A DNA stretch of 64,000 bases from an uncultured Verrucomicrobiae bacterium (GTDB taxonomy: Bacteria; Verrucomicrobiota; Verrucomicrobiia; Chthoniobacterales; JAFAMB01), in contig CAVXLD010000001.1 in the NCBI GenBank assembly GCA_963762565.1, forward strand, positions 384,001-448,000. The letters run 5' to 3'. Shown piece after piece: positions 1-9,351 of this stretch. A model generated the notes under the pieces. That model worked only from the letters and a program-made list of their open reading frames with translations, did not search any database and was not told where the DNA came from. Within the stretch, counting starts at the first letter, position 1. Each line of letters begins with the position of its first letter. A program made the position numbers and the translations under genes.

Positions 1-23
1 GGTAACCTATCTCACACAGGACT

Positions 24-39
24 AGTGACATACGTCACA
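24..39. promoter_or_regulatory. CRP/FNR-family-like binding site AGTGA-N6-TCACA
   Basis: One mismatch to the TGTGA-N6-TCACA consensus. TCACACAGG is directly repeated at 12-20 and 35-43. Confidence 0.35.
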
Positions 40-324
40 CAGGGCCGATAACATGTTAGCACCCGTCCTCCAGGCATAAGTAACATTTACCTCATTCTGG
101 ATCTGGATCATAGATAACTATTTAACTGTCCCTGGCTAATGCTCCTCACCGCGGTAATCGCTCCTGCCCCTTTCGGCATCTGCTTAAACGCGAGAGCCGG
201 AAATACGCTTGATGATAAAGCGCCGGCAAACCGACAATTCGCTTCATGCTCAGGATTGCTTTCGATTACAATTTTTGTGAATTTGTTGGGCGCTATCATC
301 AAATAGCCTCGAAAGAAACAACCC

Positions 325-1420
325 ATGGAAAAGTTACTCATAACTCTTGTCGCTCTAGCTGTATCTGTTACGGCTTGTAAAGCGCAGATTAAGGCCCCAG
401 TCGGCATTTTTAGCCTGACCAAAGGTGATGATGCCGAGGTCGCGAATGACCTGGGATGGACGAACAGCAACCTAAGCGGCGTAGCAGTGCGAGCTACATT
501 CGCTTTTGTTAATAGCGGCGGCCCAGGGAGCTATACCTGGACTAATATCGATCACGCGCAAGGCGCCGCTGATAGAAACCATAAAGCTTGGGCGCTCAGC
601 TTTGATGCGTCTCAAGCTCCCCCTTGGATCTATGGGTCGACCGGCAATGTCGCTCCGTTTAACTTGTACGACTCAACTACTCCATGTACTCAAGATGGGC
701 AACAAATACCCGCCCCTTGGGACAACAATTTCCAGTCGATCTGGAGTGCGCTAGCGCAAGCTGCCGCTGCTCGGTACGGGAATGACCCATATCTTGCTTA
801 CATCACCTTCAGCGGACTAGGGCAATCGGGTTGAATCGTACCTGGCGAAAAACTCTTGTGAAGACACGGAAGCTGATAACGATGGGTTCCCGGACGCTTG
901 GATCACGGCTGCGCATACTATCATCGGAGACTGGATCGTGCCTTGGGGCCAAGGGTACGGGATTATTTGTTTTCTTGCGACCGGACAACCCACAACCGGG
1001 GATGGGACGACCACGATGACGACGGTGGCCAACTATGGTCTCAACCATTACCCGAATTACTTCGGGCTAAAATCGTGCGGTTTGGGTAATAATTATCCGA
1101 ACAACGGCTATTTCCCGCACACCACGATAGCCATCAGCGGAATCGGAGACAACACTTCCGGCTGCTGGGTGGTCTACCAGCTCGTTGGGACGGTTCAAGG
1201 CACACACGAATCACTCTATTCGATGCTGAGCAATGGCCTTGCTAACAACGCTAATGCGATCGAAGTGTACGCCGAAGACGCTAATGACCCTCAAAAGCAA
1301 ACCGTTGTTGCGGAGTTTAATCAGGACCTGATCACCGCTAGCGGCTACAGCTACTTAGAACGTACTAGGAAACTTTTGATCGCAAAGACGCAGCCAAAAT
1401 TAGAAAACAAAAGACACTAA
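325..1420 (+). pseudogene. Secreted glycoside hydrolase-like (beta-galactosidase/GH42-like TIM barrel) protein split by a +1 frameshift
   Basis: Signal peptide and motifs GVAVR..YTWTNID..PPWIY..PAPWD..AARY in 325-834. Removing one G from GGG at 828-830 gives GQSVESYLAK... running continuously into ORF 938-1420. Confidence 0.6.
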
Positions 1421-1500
1421 CGTTCCAAAGGACCGGGAGTCTTAACGAATTTAAGTAAAGATTTAGTTCCAAATCACGACTCTCGTTCGACTTGAAAGCT

Positions 1501-1534
1501 GGGCTGCTCCGGAAACGAAGCAGCCCTTAATTTT
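1501..1534 (+). terminator. Intrinsic terminator
   Basis: GGGCTGCTCCG-GAAA-CGAAGCAGCCC hairpin followed by TTAATTTT. Confidence 0.7.
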
Positions 1535-1627
1535 GGCTTGCCTCCAGAATCGGGTGTTCACCAACCCGCGATCGGCAGTCCTCTTGGAGCGTCCGGCGCC
1601 TTTTCCTGGTAGGCCGGCTCAAGATTT

Positions 1628-2335
1628 GTGAGAATGGATGGCATGCCGGTTAATAGACCTCCAGTGATTAGAAGTCAGGACAGGATCGATGTCCGGCTGA
1701 CCGAGGAGGCCGAGTACCGAATCCCGTTCACGTTCATCGAGGCGCTGAACGAAGGAGCACTCGCTGATCGTCCAGCGCACGCCTTCCTTGATGCAGCACG
1801 GGAGCGCCGATTATTTCACGTTCTGAACCGGACGACCGACAACATTATTGGCACCGGCGTCATTCAATTGTCGTCCGAATCCGCGCAGCAAGCGGAGGTT
1901 GGCGGCCTGTTGTTCCACCCAGGCGCGCGCGGGTTCGGACTGGCAGCGCTCTTAGTGAAAATTATGATGGTTTACGCCATTAAAGAGAGCGGACGAGATT
2001 CGCCGGACGAAAAGTATCTCGCCCATGTGGTAGACGGCAACGGGGCTCCACTCCACGCCCTGCTCGATGCCGGCTTCAGGCCAATCGGACCTATCGACGT
2101 GAAACGGGGCGAGATCGATGCGGTCATTGATCATATGATTAAGGAGGGGGAATCTGCGGTTCGTATCCAGGGCTTTGTCTTCGATCGCGAGGCGATCGGA
2201 AGGTTAGTCTTGGCTCTTTGGAAGTTCGTTAATGAGGATGACGGCACCATCACTCGATCCGCCCCGACCGGTGATCATTTCCGAATTACGGTCGATTTTT
2301 CGCGCGTTATCCCGCCAGTCCACCTCCGTCTGTAG
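1628..2335 (+). CDS. GNAT-family N-acetyltransferase
   Basis: AEVGGLLFHPGARGFGLA acetyl-CoA-binding motif A and a later L..AGF motif. Start may be 1634 or 1643. Confidence 0.7.
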   Translation: MRMDGMPVNRPPVIRSQDRIDVRLTEEAEYRIPFTFIEALNEGALADRPAHAFLDAARERRLFHVLNRTTDNIIGTGVIQLSSESAQQAEVGGLLFHPGARGFGLAALLVKIMMVYAIKESGRDSPDEKYLAHVVDGNGAPLHALLDAGFRPIGPIDVKRGEIDAVIDHMIKEGESAVRIQGFVFDREAIGRLVLALWKFVNEDDGTITRSAPTGDHFRITVDFSRVIPPVHLRL

Positions 2336-2353
2336 CTCCAGCAACGATCTCTT

Positions 2354-2620
2354 TTAAAGTGAGACTTGCCATTCGATGAGGAGGATTTCCTCCGCCTTAC
2401 GGAGCGCCGCTTCCGCGGCTTCACAGAGACGGGTGGACCACTTGATTTCCCCGTCCCACTCGTCGTCCGGGGCAATACGGGTAAGGCATTGCCAGCGTAG
2501 GCTCCAGCCTTTGGGATCGCTCTTTACTTGCGCTGTCCTGCCAGAATAACAACACAAGAAACGTTTATCTTCCTTTTCCTCGTCAGGAACCAAATTCCAC
2601 GTGAACAGACCAACTTTCAC
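2354..2620 (-). CDS. Hypothetical protein
   Basis: 88-aa ORF with protein-like composition and no recognised motif. Confidence 0.35.
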   Translation of the reverse strand: MKVGLFTWNLVPDEEKEDKRFLCCYSGRTAQVKSDPKGWSLRWQCLTRIAPDDEWDGEIKWSTRLCEAAEAALRKAEEILLIEWQVSL

Positions 2621-2784
2621 GGGACTTCATTTTAACACGAGAGCTACCCTCGAAGTCAAGTTTCGTCAAGAGCCTAGTGCGATTCACGATCAGACGCTTT
2701 AAGAGGGTTCGCCGGCCAGAAGCCGGCGATATCTCTTCTTGAGTAGCTTCTGTTTGCCTCTTTATGGTTTGCGCCAACCGAAGG

Positions 2785-4869
2785 CTATTTGGTGGTAAAT
2801 AGGAACCCGTTAAAGGTAGCACCACCTTTGTTAACACCGTATACGGAGAAGTGATACTGCTCCTTAGGAAGCAGGTCTTTGAAAGTAATGTTTGTTTCCT
2901 TCGTTACGAAGCATTCGAAGAAATCGTGCTGGGGGAGGAATAGGCCAATGACATAGCCGGTCGCCCGTTTGGCGCTCGTCCAATGGAAAGCTGCGGAAGT
3001 GTCCGTCAGAGTGGGGTCAAAAATCCTCGAGTAGCCGGGAGGCCTGCCACCGGTCACGGACGATAAGATTTGCACCCCAAATCCGCCGCCAAAAATCGTG
3101 CCGGCCCCGGTGCAATTATTGTAACCGAACCCGGCATTGTATCCAGGCGTGCCGTACATGCTGGAGTCGCCGTTCGTGCCATCAATGACTGAGTACAAGA
3201 GAGGACCGTTAACAATGTTGTCGGTGTTATAAAAAGTGGGATTGAAGAAGCCTAGCCTGTTACCGGTTACGTATTCGAGGCCGGCGTTTAGAATGCTGAT
3301 GTACCCAGCCCACAGGGGAGTCGAGACACCTGTTCCTCCCATCTGAAGCCAACCACCGTTCATCTTAGAGTAGGCGGCAACCCCGGTAAACGGGTCGCCG
3401 ACGGCCGCTACGTCCGGCACATTGCGATAGGTCGATGATCCGCCGTTGGTGGTTACATAGGATGGAGCCTGCCATGACGGGATTGGCCAATAAGAACTGA
3501 AACCACCTCCGCTGGCGCCTCCACCACTGAAGAGCCCGAGACGATCCCAGACCGCTTCAGCCAGGCGGACTTCATGCGGGCCGGTAGACAGATTAGTCGC
3601 GCCCACACAAGTCACCAATGGCTGTGCTCCTGGATCTGTAACTTCCAGTTGTGCTGGGTAAACCGAAGTCCCAGTTTGGCCATAGGCGCCGCCGTTACCG
3701 GAGCAAGCTAGAACCGTGATGCCTTGGGCGGCCAACTGAGTGAGCGCCGTGTTTTCAGCCGCGAGCTGGGAGTCGCCTTGCGTGACTTCGTCAAGTCCGT
3801 AAGAAATGCTGAGGATCGCCGCTTTATTATCTGATGCCACTTTATCTAACGCATCAATGAGCGCGACTGCGAAAGGATCGGTCCCATCTTCGTAGACCAG
3901 TACTTCTTTGACGCCTGGGTTAATACCGATAACCAGCTCGATATCCAGAACGGCTTGCAACTCGACACTAGCGTTGTTGCGATCAACGCTGCCGTTGTAT
4001 CCGTTAACGCCGACAAATTTTACCGGGCGGTTCGGCAATTGCATCCGCTCGAGGTATTTTTGAACATCGGATGGATAGAAACCATTCTGTTCAAAAACGG
4101 CAACGGTTTGGGGAGCAACATCCCCGAACTTTGGGATCTTGTAGACCGAACGTAGGTCCGAGGGGGAATAAGCTCCGCCGGGGCCAGTTCCACCAGCGGT
4201 GTCGGTCCCGATTTCTGGAGCGATTGGATCTTCGCCGAAGGCTTGATGGACTTTGGCAAGCGGGGCGTACTGAAGACTATTGGTTAGACCAATCACACCT
4301 GTCACCTTCGCGGCGATTGGATCCGGGATGGTCGGCTCAACGCTGGCAGAGTAGAATTCCTGGCCGTCTGGTGCCCGGTAATTGTTAAGCTGAGTCTTGA
4401 AAAGGGTTTGAAATTGGGCGGCTGGTCCTCGCACGGTTAAGAACGTCCGAGCCACGGATTCGTGGACAATGGCTATCCCGTTAGCGGCTGCCCACTCTTT
4501 TAAGGTGGCGTAGTCGCCGGCATCCGCACCATATCGTTCAGCGAACTCATTGGGGGTGATGTATTGACGATAGAGCGGATCTTTTGGATTGGAGACACGT
4601 TGAACAAATTCAGCAGCGCCTTTGCTGTCACTAAGGGGTAACGAAAGGATCACACTGATTTGCTTTTCCGGATCGACCGTTGAGAGCAACGTCGAAGTAG
4701 CCACCATCGGCGACAATTCAAGAGCAGCGGCTTTAGCCGCCAGACTGCCGGTTACCGACGTTAGCGACATCAGAGCACCGAGCGCTATACTGCCTAATCG
4801 ATGCCCGATGACATTTCCAAACAAACGAACCGGTGCGGTTCGCTCCTTCTTTGTAAATAAGCCGTCCAT
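2785..4869 (-). CDS. S53 (sedolisin/kumamolisin) family protein with pro-domain and C-terminal FN3-like domain; catalytic residues substituted
   Basis: Signal peptide, activation pro-domain (YRQYITPNEFAERYG), S53 motifs (ISYG, RNVPDVAA, GFFNP). QAVLD, SGNGG and GGTGVS replace ExxxD, SGDxG and GGTS. Confidence 0.85.
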   Translation of the reverse strand: MDGLFTKKERTAPVRLFGNVIGHRLGSIALGALMSLTSVTGSLAAKAAALELSPMVATSTLLSTVDPEKQISVILSLPLSDSKGAAEFVQRVSNPKDPLYRQYITPNEFAERYGADAGDYATLKEWAAANGIAIVHESVARTFLTVRGPAAQFQTLFKTQLNNYRAPDGQEFYSASVEPTIPDPIAAKVTGVIGLTNSLQYAPLAKVHQAFGEDPIAPEIGTDTAGGTGPGGAYSPSDLRSVYKIPKFGDVAPQTVAVFEQNGFYPSDVQKYLERMQLPNRPVKFVGVNGYNGSVDRNNASVELQAVLDIELVIGINPGVKEVLVYEDGTDPFAVALIDALDKVASDNKAAILSISYGLDEVTQGDSQLAAENTALTQLAAQGITVLACSGNGGAYGQTGTSVYPAQLEVTDPGAQPLVTCVGATNLSTGPHEVRLAEAVWDRLGLFSGGGASGGGFSSYWPIPSWQAPSYVTTNGGSSTYRNVPDVAAVGDPFTGVAAYSKMNGGWLQMGGTGVSTPLWAGYISILNAGLEYVTGNRLGFFNPTFYNTDNIVNGPLLYSVIDGTNGDSSMYGTPGYNAGFGYNNCTGAGTIFGGGFGVQILSSVTGGRPPGYSRIFDPTLTDTSAAFHWTSAKRATGYVIGLFLPQHDFFECFVTKETNITFKDLLPKEQYHFSVYGVNKGGATFNGFLFTTK

Positions 4870-4996
4870 ATTTTGTAGAATGCCCAGGCTTATCAGATCG
4901 GAGGGAGAAAATTCGGAAATGACATTTCTTTGGTAGTCGGATCTGCCCGGGGAAAACCTCGTCGTGTATCATTCAAAAAATGGCTAGACAAGACTT

Positions 4997-5151
4997 TTGG
5001 AAAGTTTTTTGCGTAGTCCGATGCCGGTCCTGCCGCAATCGGTGAGGCTCCAGCTACCAAGAGGGGAAACTGAGCTACGAATTGCGATTGCTTTTGACGG
5101 CTCTGGCAACGTCCGTGAGACGCATGTCGTCAAAAGCTCCGGCGTACCGGC
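4997..5151 (+). pseudogene. Fragment resembling a TonB C-terminal domain
   Basis: PVLP..RIAIAFDGSGNVRETHVVKSSG pattern. Similarity stops at the stop codon of the convergent gene (5152). Confidence 0.35.
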
Positions 5152-5364
5152 TCAACGCTTCTTCGCCGCCATCACGCGCGAAACAAAGACTTCTGCAATG
5201 GGAATCTCATCAGGATACAGCCACACGGAGATTTTCTCTTCAGTCGTGTCTGTAATCAGTTCACTGCTTTTCACTCGATAGCGGTAGGCAATCAGCCGCA
5301 TGGCGCCGTCTAATGTCAAAGAATCCAATTTGGATCCGTCGGTAAAGTGGATGACGCAGCTCAT
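5152..5364 (-). CDS. Small hypothetical protein
   Basis: 70-aa ORF from ATG 5364 (MSCVIHFTDGSK...). Confidence 0.45.
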   Translation of the reverse strand: MSCVIHFTDGSKLDSLTLDGAMRLIAYRYRVKSSELITDTTEEKISVWLYPDEIPIAEVFVSRVMAAKKR

Positions 5365-5780
5365 GGTCTTTTCAGGTATGCGGGTTCGACGAAAGCAATT
5401 AGCGCACACTCTTGTTGAAGCCGATTGCGAATCGACGAAACAGGGGGGCCGAAATGATTCATTGTAGGAATTGTTTCCTTTGGACTACGAGCCTCCGAAT
5501 TTGTCTCACGTCACTCATTAAGCAGGCCTGATGCCCAAATCCGCTCCCAGCCGGCCTAACCCCGTTCGCGTTGCAATTCGCCTCGGGAAATGAAGATCAA
5601 CTTTCTTTTACCGCTTATAATTTAGGCCTGAGCAGATGGAAGAAAGTTTCAAAATCGGAATCCAATTGTCCCAGTCTTGGAACGCCCGAGAAACGAGCGA
5701 CAGCCGGTAAGGCGATCCGCGACGATGAGGGGATCTACGAAGGATTCGCCGGCGGCAAGCCGGCCATATGCCTTCCTAGG

Positions 5781-6073
5781 TAGTGTCCTGTCCCATAAAT
5801 AACGTGGCTTTCGCCGGCGGTCAGTTGGCTGTTTTTCAAGGCGCGAGCGAAGCGCCCCTATCTGGTTCATACGGGTCGAGCGAGCAACGCGGAAAAACAG
5901 CCAACTGGCCACGGCCGGAGGGTTGCGATGAAAATGGGCCGGCGGCTGCGTTGCTCGTCGGTTACGTATCGATCAAGATATGCGCCCTCTACCGCCAGTC
6001 CGGCTCGGACCGCCTTGCCGGCGGCCCATTTTGATCGCAACGAAAGCCACGTTATTTATGGGACAGGACACTA
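5781..6073. mobile_element. MITE with IS630-type ends (copy 1)
   Basis: Perfect 33-bp terminal inverted repeats TAGTGTCCTGTCCCATAAATAACGTGGCTTTCG (5781-5813 / 6041-6073), TA at both ends, no transposase. Near-identical copy at 40380-40653. Confidence 0.85.
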
Positions 6074-6119
6074 GCTTTCGCTTTGCATCCTTGCGGTTTG
6101 GCGTGAGGCTTTTCGTACT

Positions 6120-6890
6120 ATGGCGCGCGTATTTATTACCGGATCTTCGGACGGGTTGGGCCTGATGGCCGCTCAATTGGTGTTAGAGCAAGGGCATCGG
6201 GTCGTTCTACATGCTCGGAACGAGCAAAGAGCAAAAGACGCTCTGGCGGCGGCGCCTGGTGCTGAAGCAGTGGTCGTTGGCGATCTGGCCGGCATCGCCC
6301 AGACCCGGCAAGTAGCGGAACAAGTCAATGACAAGGGCGTATTCGATGCCGTGATCCATAACGCTGCGGTCGGTTACCACGAGCCTAAACGATTGGTAAC
6401 TGACGATGGTCTACCTCACGTTTTTGCGATCAATACTTTAGCGCCATACATCTTGACCGGCTTGATTCAAAAACCGAAACGGCTGATTTACTTAAGCTCG
6501 GGACTCCATCGAAGCGGCGACATTACGCTAGACGATCTGGCTTGGGAAAAACGTCGATGGAACGGTGCCCAGGCCTACTCGGACACTAAGTTCCACGATG
6601 TGTTGCTAGCGTTCGCCGTCGCGCGTCTTTGGCCGGATGTATTCTCCAATGCACTTGAGCCGGGCTGGGTGGCAACCAAAATGGGTGGGGCCGGCGCCCC
6701 TGATGACCTGGACAGGGCGCATCGGACGCAAGTCTGGCTGGCAGTGAGCGACGACCCGGCCGCAACCGTAACCGGTGAATATTTTTATCATCAGAAACTG
6801 CGTTCTCCCAACCCGGCAACCCGCGACCTTGACCGCCAGGAAGAGCTACTCAGATTCTGTGAAAAGTGTTCCGGAGTGAAGCTGCCGTGA
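6120..6890 (+). CDS. SDR family NAD(P)-dependent oxidoreductase
   Basis: TGSSDGLG Rossmann motif, HNA, YSDTK catalytic motif, PGWVATKM. Confidence 0.9.
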   Translation: MARVFITGSSDGLGLMAAQLVLEQGHRVVLHARNEQRAKDALAAAPGAEAVVVGDLAGIAQTRQVAEQVNDKGVFDAVIHNAAVGYHEPKRLVTDDGLPHVFAINTLAPYILTGLIQKPKRLIYLSSGLHRSGDITLDDLAWEKRRWNGAQAYSDTKFHDVLLAFAVARLWPDVFSNALEPGWVATKMGGAGAPDDLDRAHRTQVWLAVSDDPAATVTGEYFYHQKLRSPNPATRDLDRQEELLRFCEKCSGVKLP

Positions 6891-6906
6891 GCCAACAGCC
6901 AAGCCT

Positions 6907-7041
6907 ATGAATCTCGACCCACAAAACGATCTTGAGCTTGCGCTGATTCTTGCCGCGAAAGATCCGGCGGCGCGTCCCGCTTTTATTCGGAGGCTCGTGG
7001 AATCTCTACAAATAACCAACGCGTTTCAAAAACCCCGCTAA
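6907..7041 (+). pseudogene. Truncated SseB-like N-terminal fragment
   Basis: MNLDPQNDLELALILAAKDPAARPAFIRRLVES resembles SseB N-termini. Similarity ends at 7005, where the convergent HTH gene ends. Confidence 0.45.
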
Positions 7042-7197
7042 TCTGGCGAGCGTACATTTATCAGGCTGAATCCTACCACACAGCCAATCCCATAAAACAG
7101 AGCGCCTGATACCTAGTTTCGTCGCCGTTTGACGATCACTCTCCTTGGAGTCCTTTGTGTACCGGCCCAACGCATCCAAAACCTCGTCGGTGGTCAT
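7006..7197 (-). CDS. Small XRE-type helix-turn-helix protein
   Basis: TATKLGIRRSVLWDWLCGRIQP HTH-like pattern, 63 aa. Confidence 0.65.
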   Translation of the reverse strand: MTTDEVLDALGRYTKDSKESDRQTATKLGIRRSVLWDWLCGRIQPDKCTLARLAGFLKRVGYL

Positions 7198-7578
7198 AGC
7201 GAGAACACGTTTTAGGAAAAATTGGGGAGATTGTCTATTCTTTTAGTGGAGAATTGATATTTTGGTCCGCGGACACCTTCGGCAGCTCAGGAATGCTGAA
7301 TCCAGATGCTTTTGCTCGAAATCGATCAATCCACCGAAACCGCGCATTGTGGAGCTGGAAATTGGGACCCGCTCTGTTGGAGGAGATGGTCAGGCGTGAG
7401 GCATCCAACTCGAAACCTGACGCGAACTTCACCTAGCCATACTCCAGCGCATCCGGGAAGAGTTGGGAGAGTGACATCCAAAATTGCAGAGAGAACTAAG
7501 GGTTCTCGGCTCACATTGAGCGTTCAAATAGCTGGTTCGCTAGCAGGGTGCACTCGTGGCCCAGTTCGTCGCGCAAAA

Positions 7579-7917
7579 TCACACGGCAGCCTCGCCGCGT
7601 TCGCCAGTCCTTATGCGAATCGCCTGCTGAATCGGAACAACGAACACCTTCCCATCGTTGATCCGGCCCGTGCGGGCCTTACCAAGGATGGCGCGGACCG
7701 TTCGATTGACGCGATTGTCGGCAACCACGATCTCAAATTTAAGCTTCGGCAGAAATTCGCTGACGTATTCGCCGCTGGGAGAGATTTCGCCATGATGGGT
7801 ATGCCGACCTAACATCTTTACCTCACTGACGGTGACTCCCTCGATGCCGATCTCGATTAAGGCTTCCCTTACGTCTGCCAACTTGAAGGGCTTGATAATC
7901 GCCTCGATTTTTTTCAT
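7579..7917 (-). CDS. glnB: P-II family nitrogen regulator (divergent T-loop)
   Basis: 112 aa: MKKIEAIIKPFKL, FLPK, DGKVFV, IRIRTGERG. glnB vs glnK cannot be resolved and there is no adjacent amtB. Confidence 0.85.
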   Translation of the reverse strand: MKKIEAIIKPFKLADVREALIEIGIEGVTVSEVKMLGRHTHHGEISPSGEYVSEFLPKLKFEIVVADNRVNRTVRAILGKARTGRINDGKVFVVPIQQAIRIRTGERGEAAV

Positions 7918-8215
7918 TTCCGGGAGGTCCTATTTCAATAAAACCCTTCAACGAAGGCGTATCGTTAGTCAATCGATTTGCCTTTGAAGCGTATGACGTG
8001 ACTAGCCAATTTCCGGGAAGGAGTTTCAAAGCCGCCGCTACGTGGAACGTGGCTCGGAGATCTCTTAAGCCTTGCTCGATCGACAGAATTAACTCGCCGC
8101 AAGGGGTCCCCCATTCTCACCTCTCATAGCAAAGCCATCACCGATCGTCCCGACCGGTGACCGTTCTTCACACTGCATCGCTCAACGCTCGGCTTGTTCG
8201 CATCACTCTGTATGT

Positions 8216-8713
8216 ATGAAATGGAAATCTTTAGTCCTATGCGCTGCGGCGCTTGCGGGTTTTGCCACACTGTATGCGCAAGATCAAAGCGCCTCGACGT
8301 CGGCATCACCGTCCTCCACAGGAGCTGAAAAACAGCATGGATGGGGCCGTCATCACCGATTTGCTCACTTCTTGAAGCAATTGAATCTGACCGATTCCCA
8401 GAAGCAGCAGCTGAAACAATATTTCTCGGATAACAAGCAAACCTTCAAGACTGACAGGTTGAATTTGCTGAAGGCGAAACAGGCCGTTAATTCGGCGATT
8501 GAGAAGAACCCAAGCGATGCTTCGACCATTCGTTCGCTTTCTGCGAACGTCGCCAGCGCGCGAACCGATTTGGTAGCTCAACGCGCGAAATTCGACGTGT
8601 TTCTGCAGTCGATTTTAACGTCGGAACAGAAGCAAACTCTAGCTGGGATGCAACAGAAGCGTGATGCAAAAATACAGGCTCATATCTATCGCCTGAGCCA
8701 GTCCGTCAGTTAA
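8216..8713 (+). CDS. Spy/CpxP family periplasmic chaperone
   Basis: Signal peptide and two LTxxQ motifs (LNLTDSQ, ILTSEQ). Confidence 0.85.
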   Translation: MKWKSLVLCAAALAGFATLYAQDQSASTSASPSSTGAEKQHGWGRHHRFAHFLKQLNLTDSQKQQLKQYFSDNKQTFKTDRLNLLKAKQAVNSAIEKNPSDASTIRSLSANVASARTDLVAQRAKFDVFLQSILTSEQKQTLAGMQQKRDAKIQAHIYRLSQSVS

Positions 8714-8745
8714 CAATGGTCCTCGTCTAGTTGGTGGAATAAAAC

Positions 8746-8778
8746 AGGCCGCGCGCCAGTCACGGTGCGCGGTCTTTC
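8746..8778. terminator. Hairpin terminator between convergent genes
   Basis: AGGCCGCGCGCC-agtcac-GGTGCGCGGTCT stem flanked by A and T runs. Confidence 0.55.
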
Positions 8779-8780
8779 GT

Positions 8781-9242
8781 CTACTGAAATGGGTCCCCTG
8801 CTACTGGACTGAAGACAGTCTTACTGACGTCGCGCACACGGTCATTGCCGAAATGCTGAATCAGCTTTGCTTTTAGCTCGCTAAAAATCCGCTTGCTGAG
8901 TATCGACGCGCCAATCGGTGTAGGCCCACTAATATCGAGCTCCAAACGACCGGGATTTGAATACTGCCAAAGTAAGATAAATGCTATACGAGCCGAAAAG
9001 GGACTTTTCTTGCCGCCTTGATATGAAGCAATCATATCAGAGCTCACCAATACCTGCGGCTCAAGGTCGTACTCTTTGGCAGTATCTGCGAGCAACCCTT
9101 TCACGTAGAGAACATCCGTAGAGTCAATAATGAGGGCGCCGCTTTTCGGACGCACATCCAGGGCTTGCCTTTCCACACAGCCGGTGAGCGTCAAAAGGCC
9201 GAGCGACACGATCAAAGCCGCAGCTGTAGAAAATATTCGCAT
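8781..9242 (-). CDS. Hypothetical lipoprotein
   Basis: MRIFSTAAALIVSLGLLTLTGC lipobox. Start placed at ATG 9242. Confidence 0.6.
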   Translation of the reverse strand: MRIFSTAAALIVSLGLLTLTGCVERQALDVRPKSGALIIDSTDVLYVKGLLADTAKEYDLEPQVLVSSDMIASYQGGKKSPFSARIAFILLWQYSNPGRLELDISGPTPIGASILSKRIFSELKAKLIQHFGNDRVRDVSKTVFSPVAGDPFQ

Positions 9243-9351
9243 TTTGCTTTGATCATTACACGCGACATATCGCTGCCACGTCTCCCGCGTCACTGTACAA
9301 AATGTGCAGTTCCATGATCAGGTAGCCCTTGCAACGGCACGCAAAAAAAAA

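Noticed and set aside
1422..1500. Structured ncRNA after the GH-like gene
   Set aside because: Only a short GGGAGTC/GACTCTC pairing and a repeated GTTCCAAA are present, with no recognisable family. Too weak to call.
5571..6176. Short ORFs in and around the MITE as a transposase remnant
   Set aside because: No DDE or HTH motifs; they are chance frames across the non-coding element.
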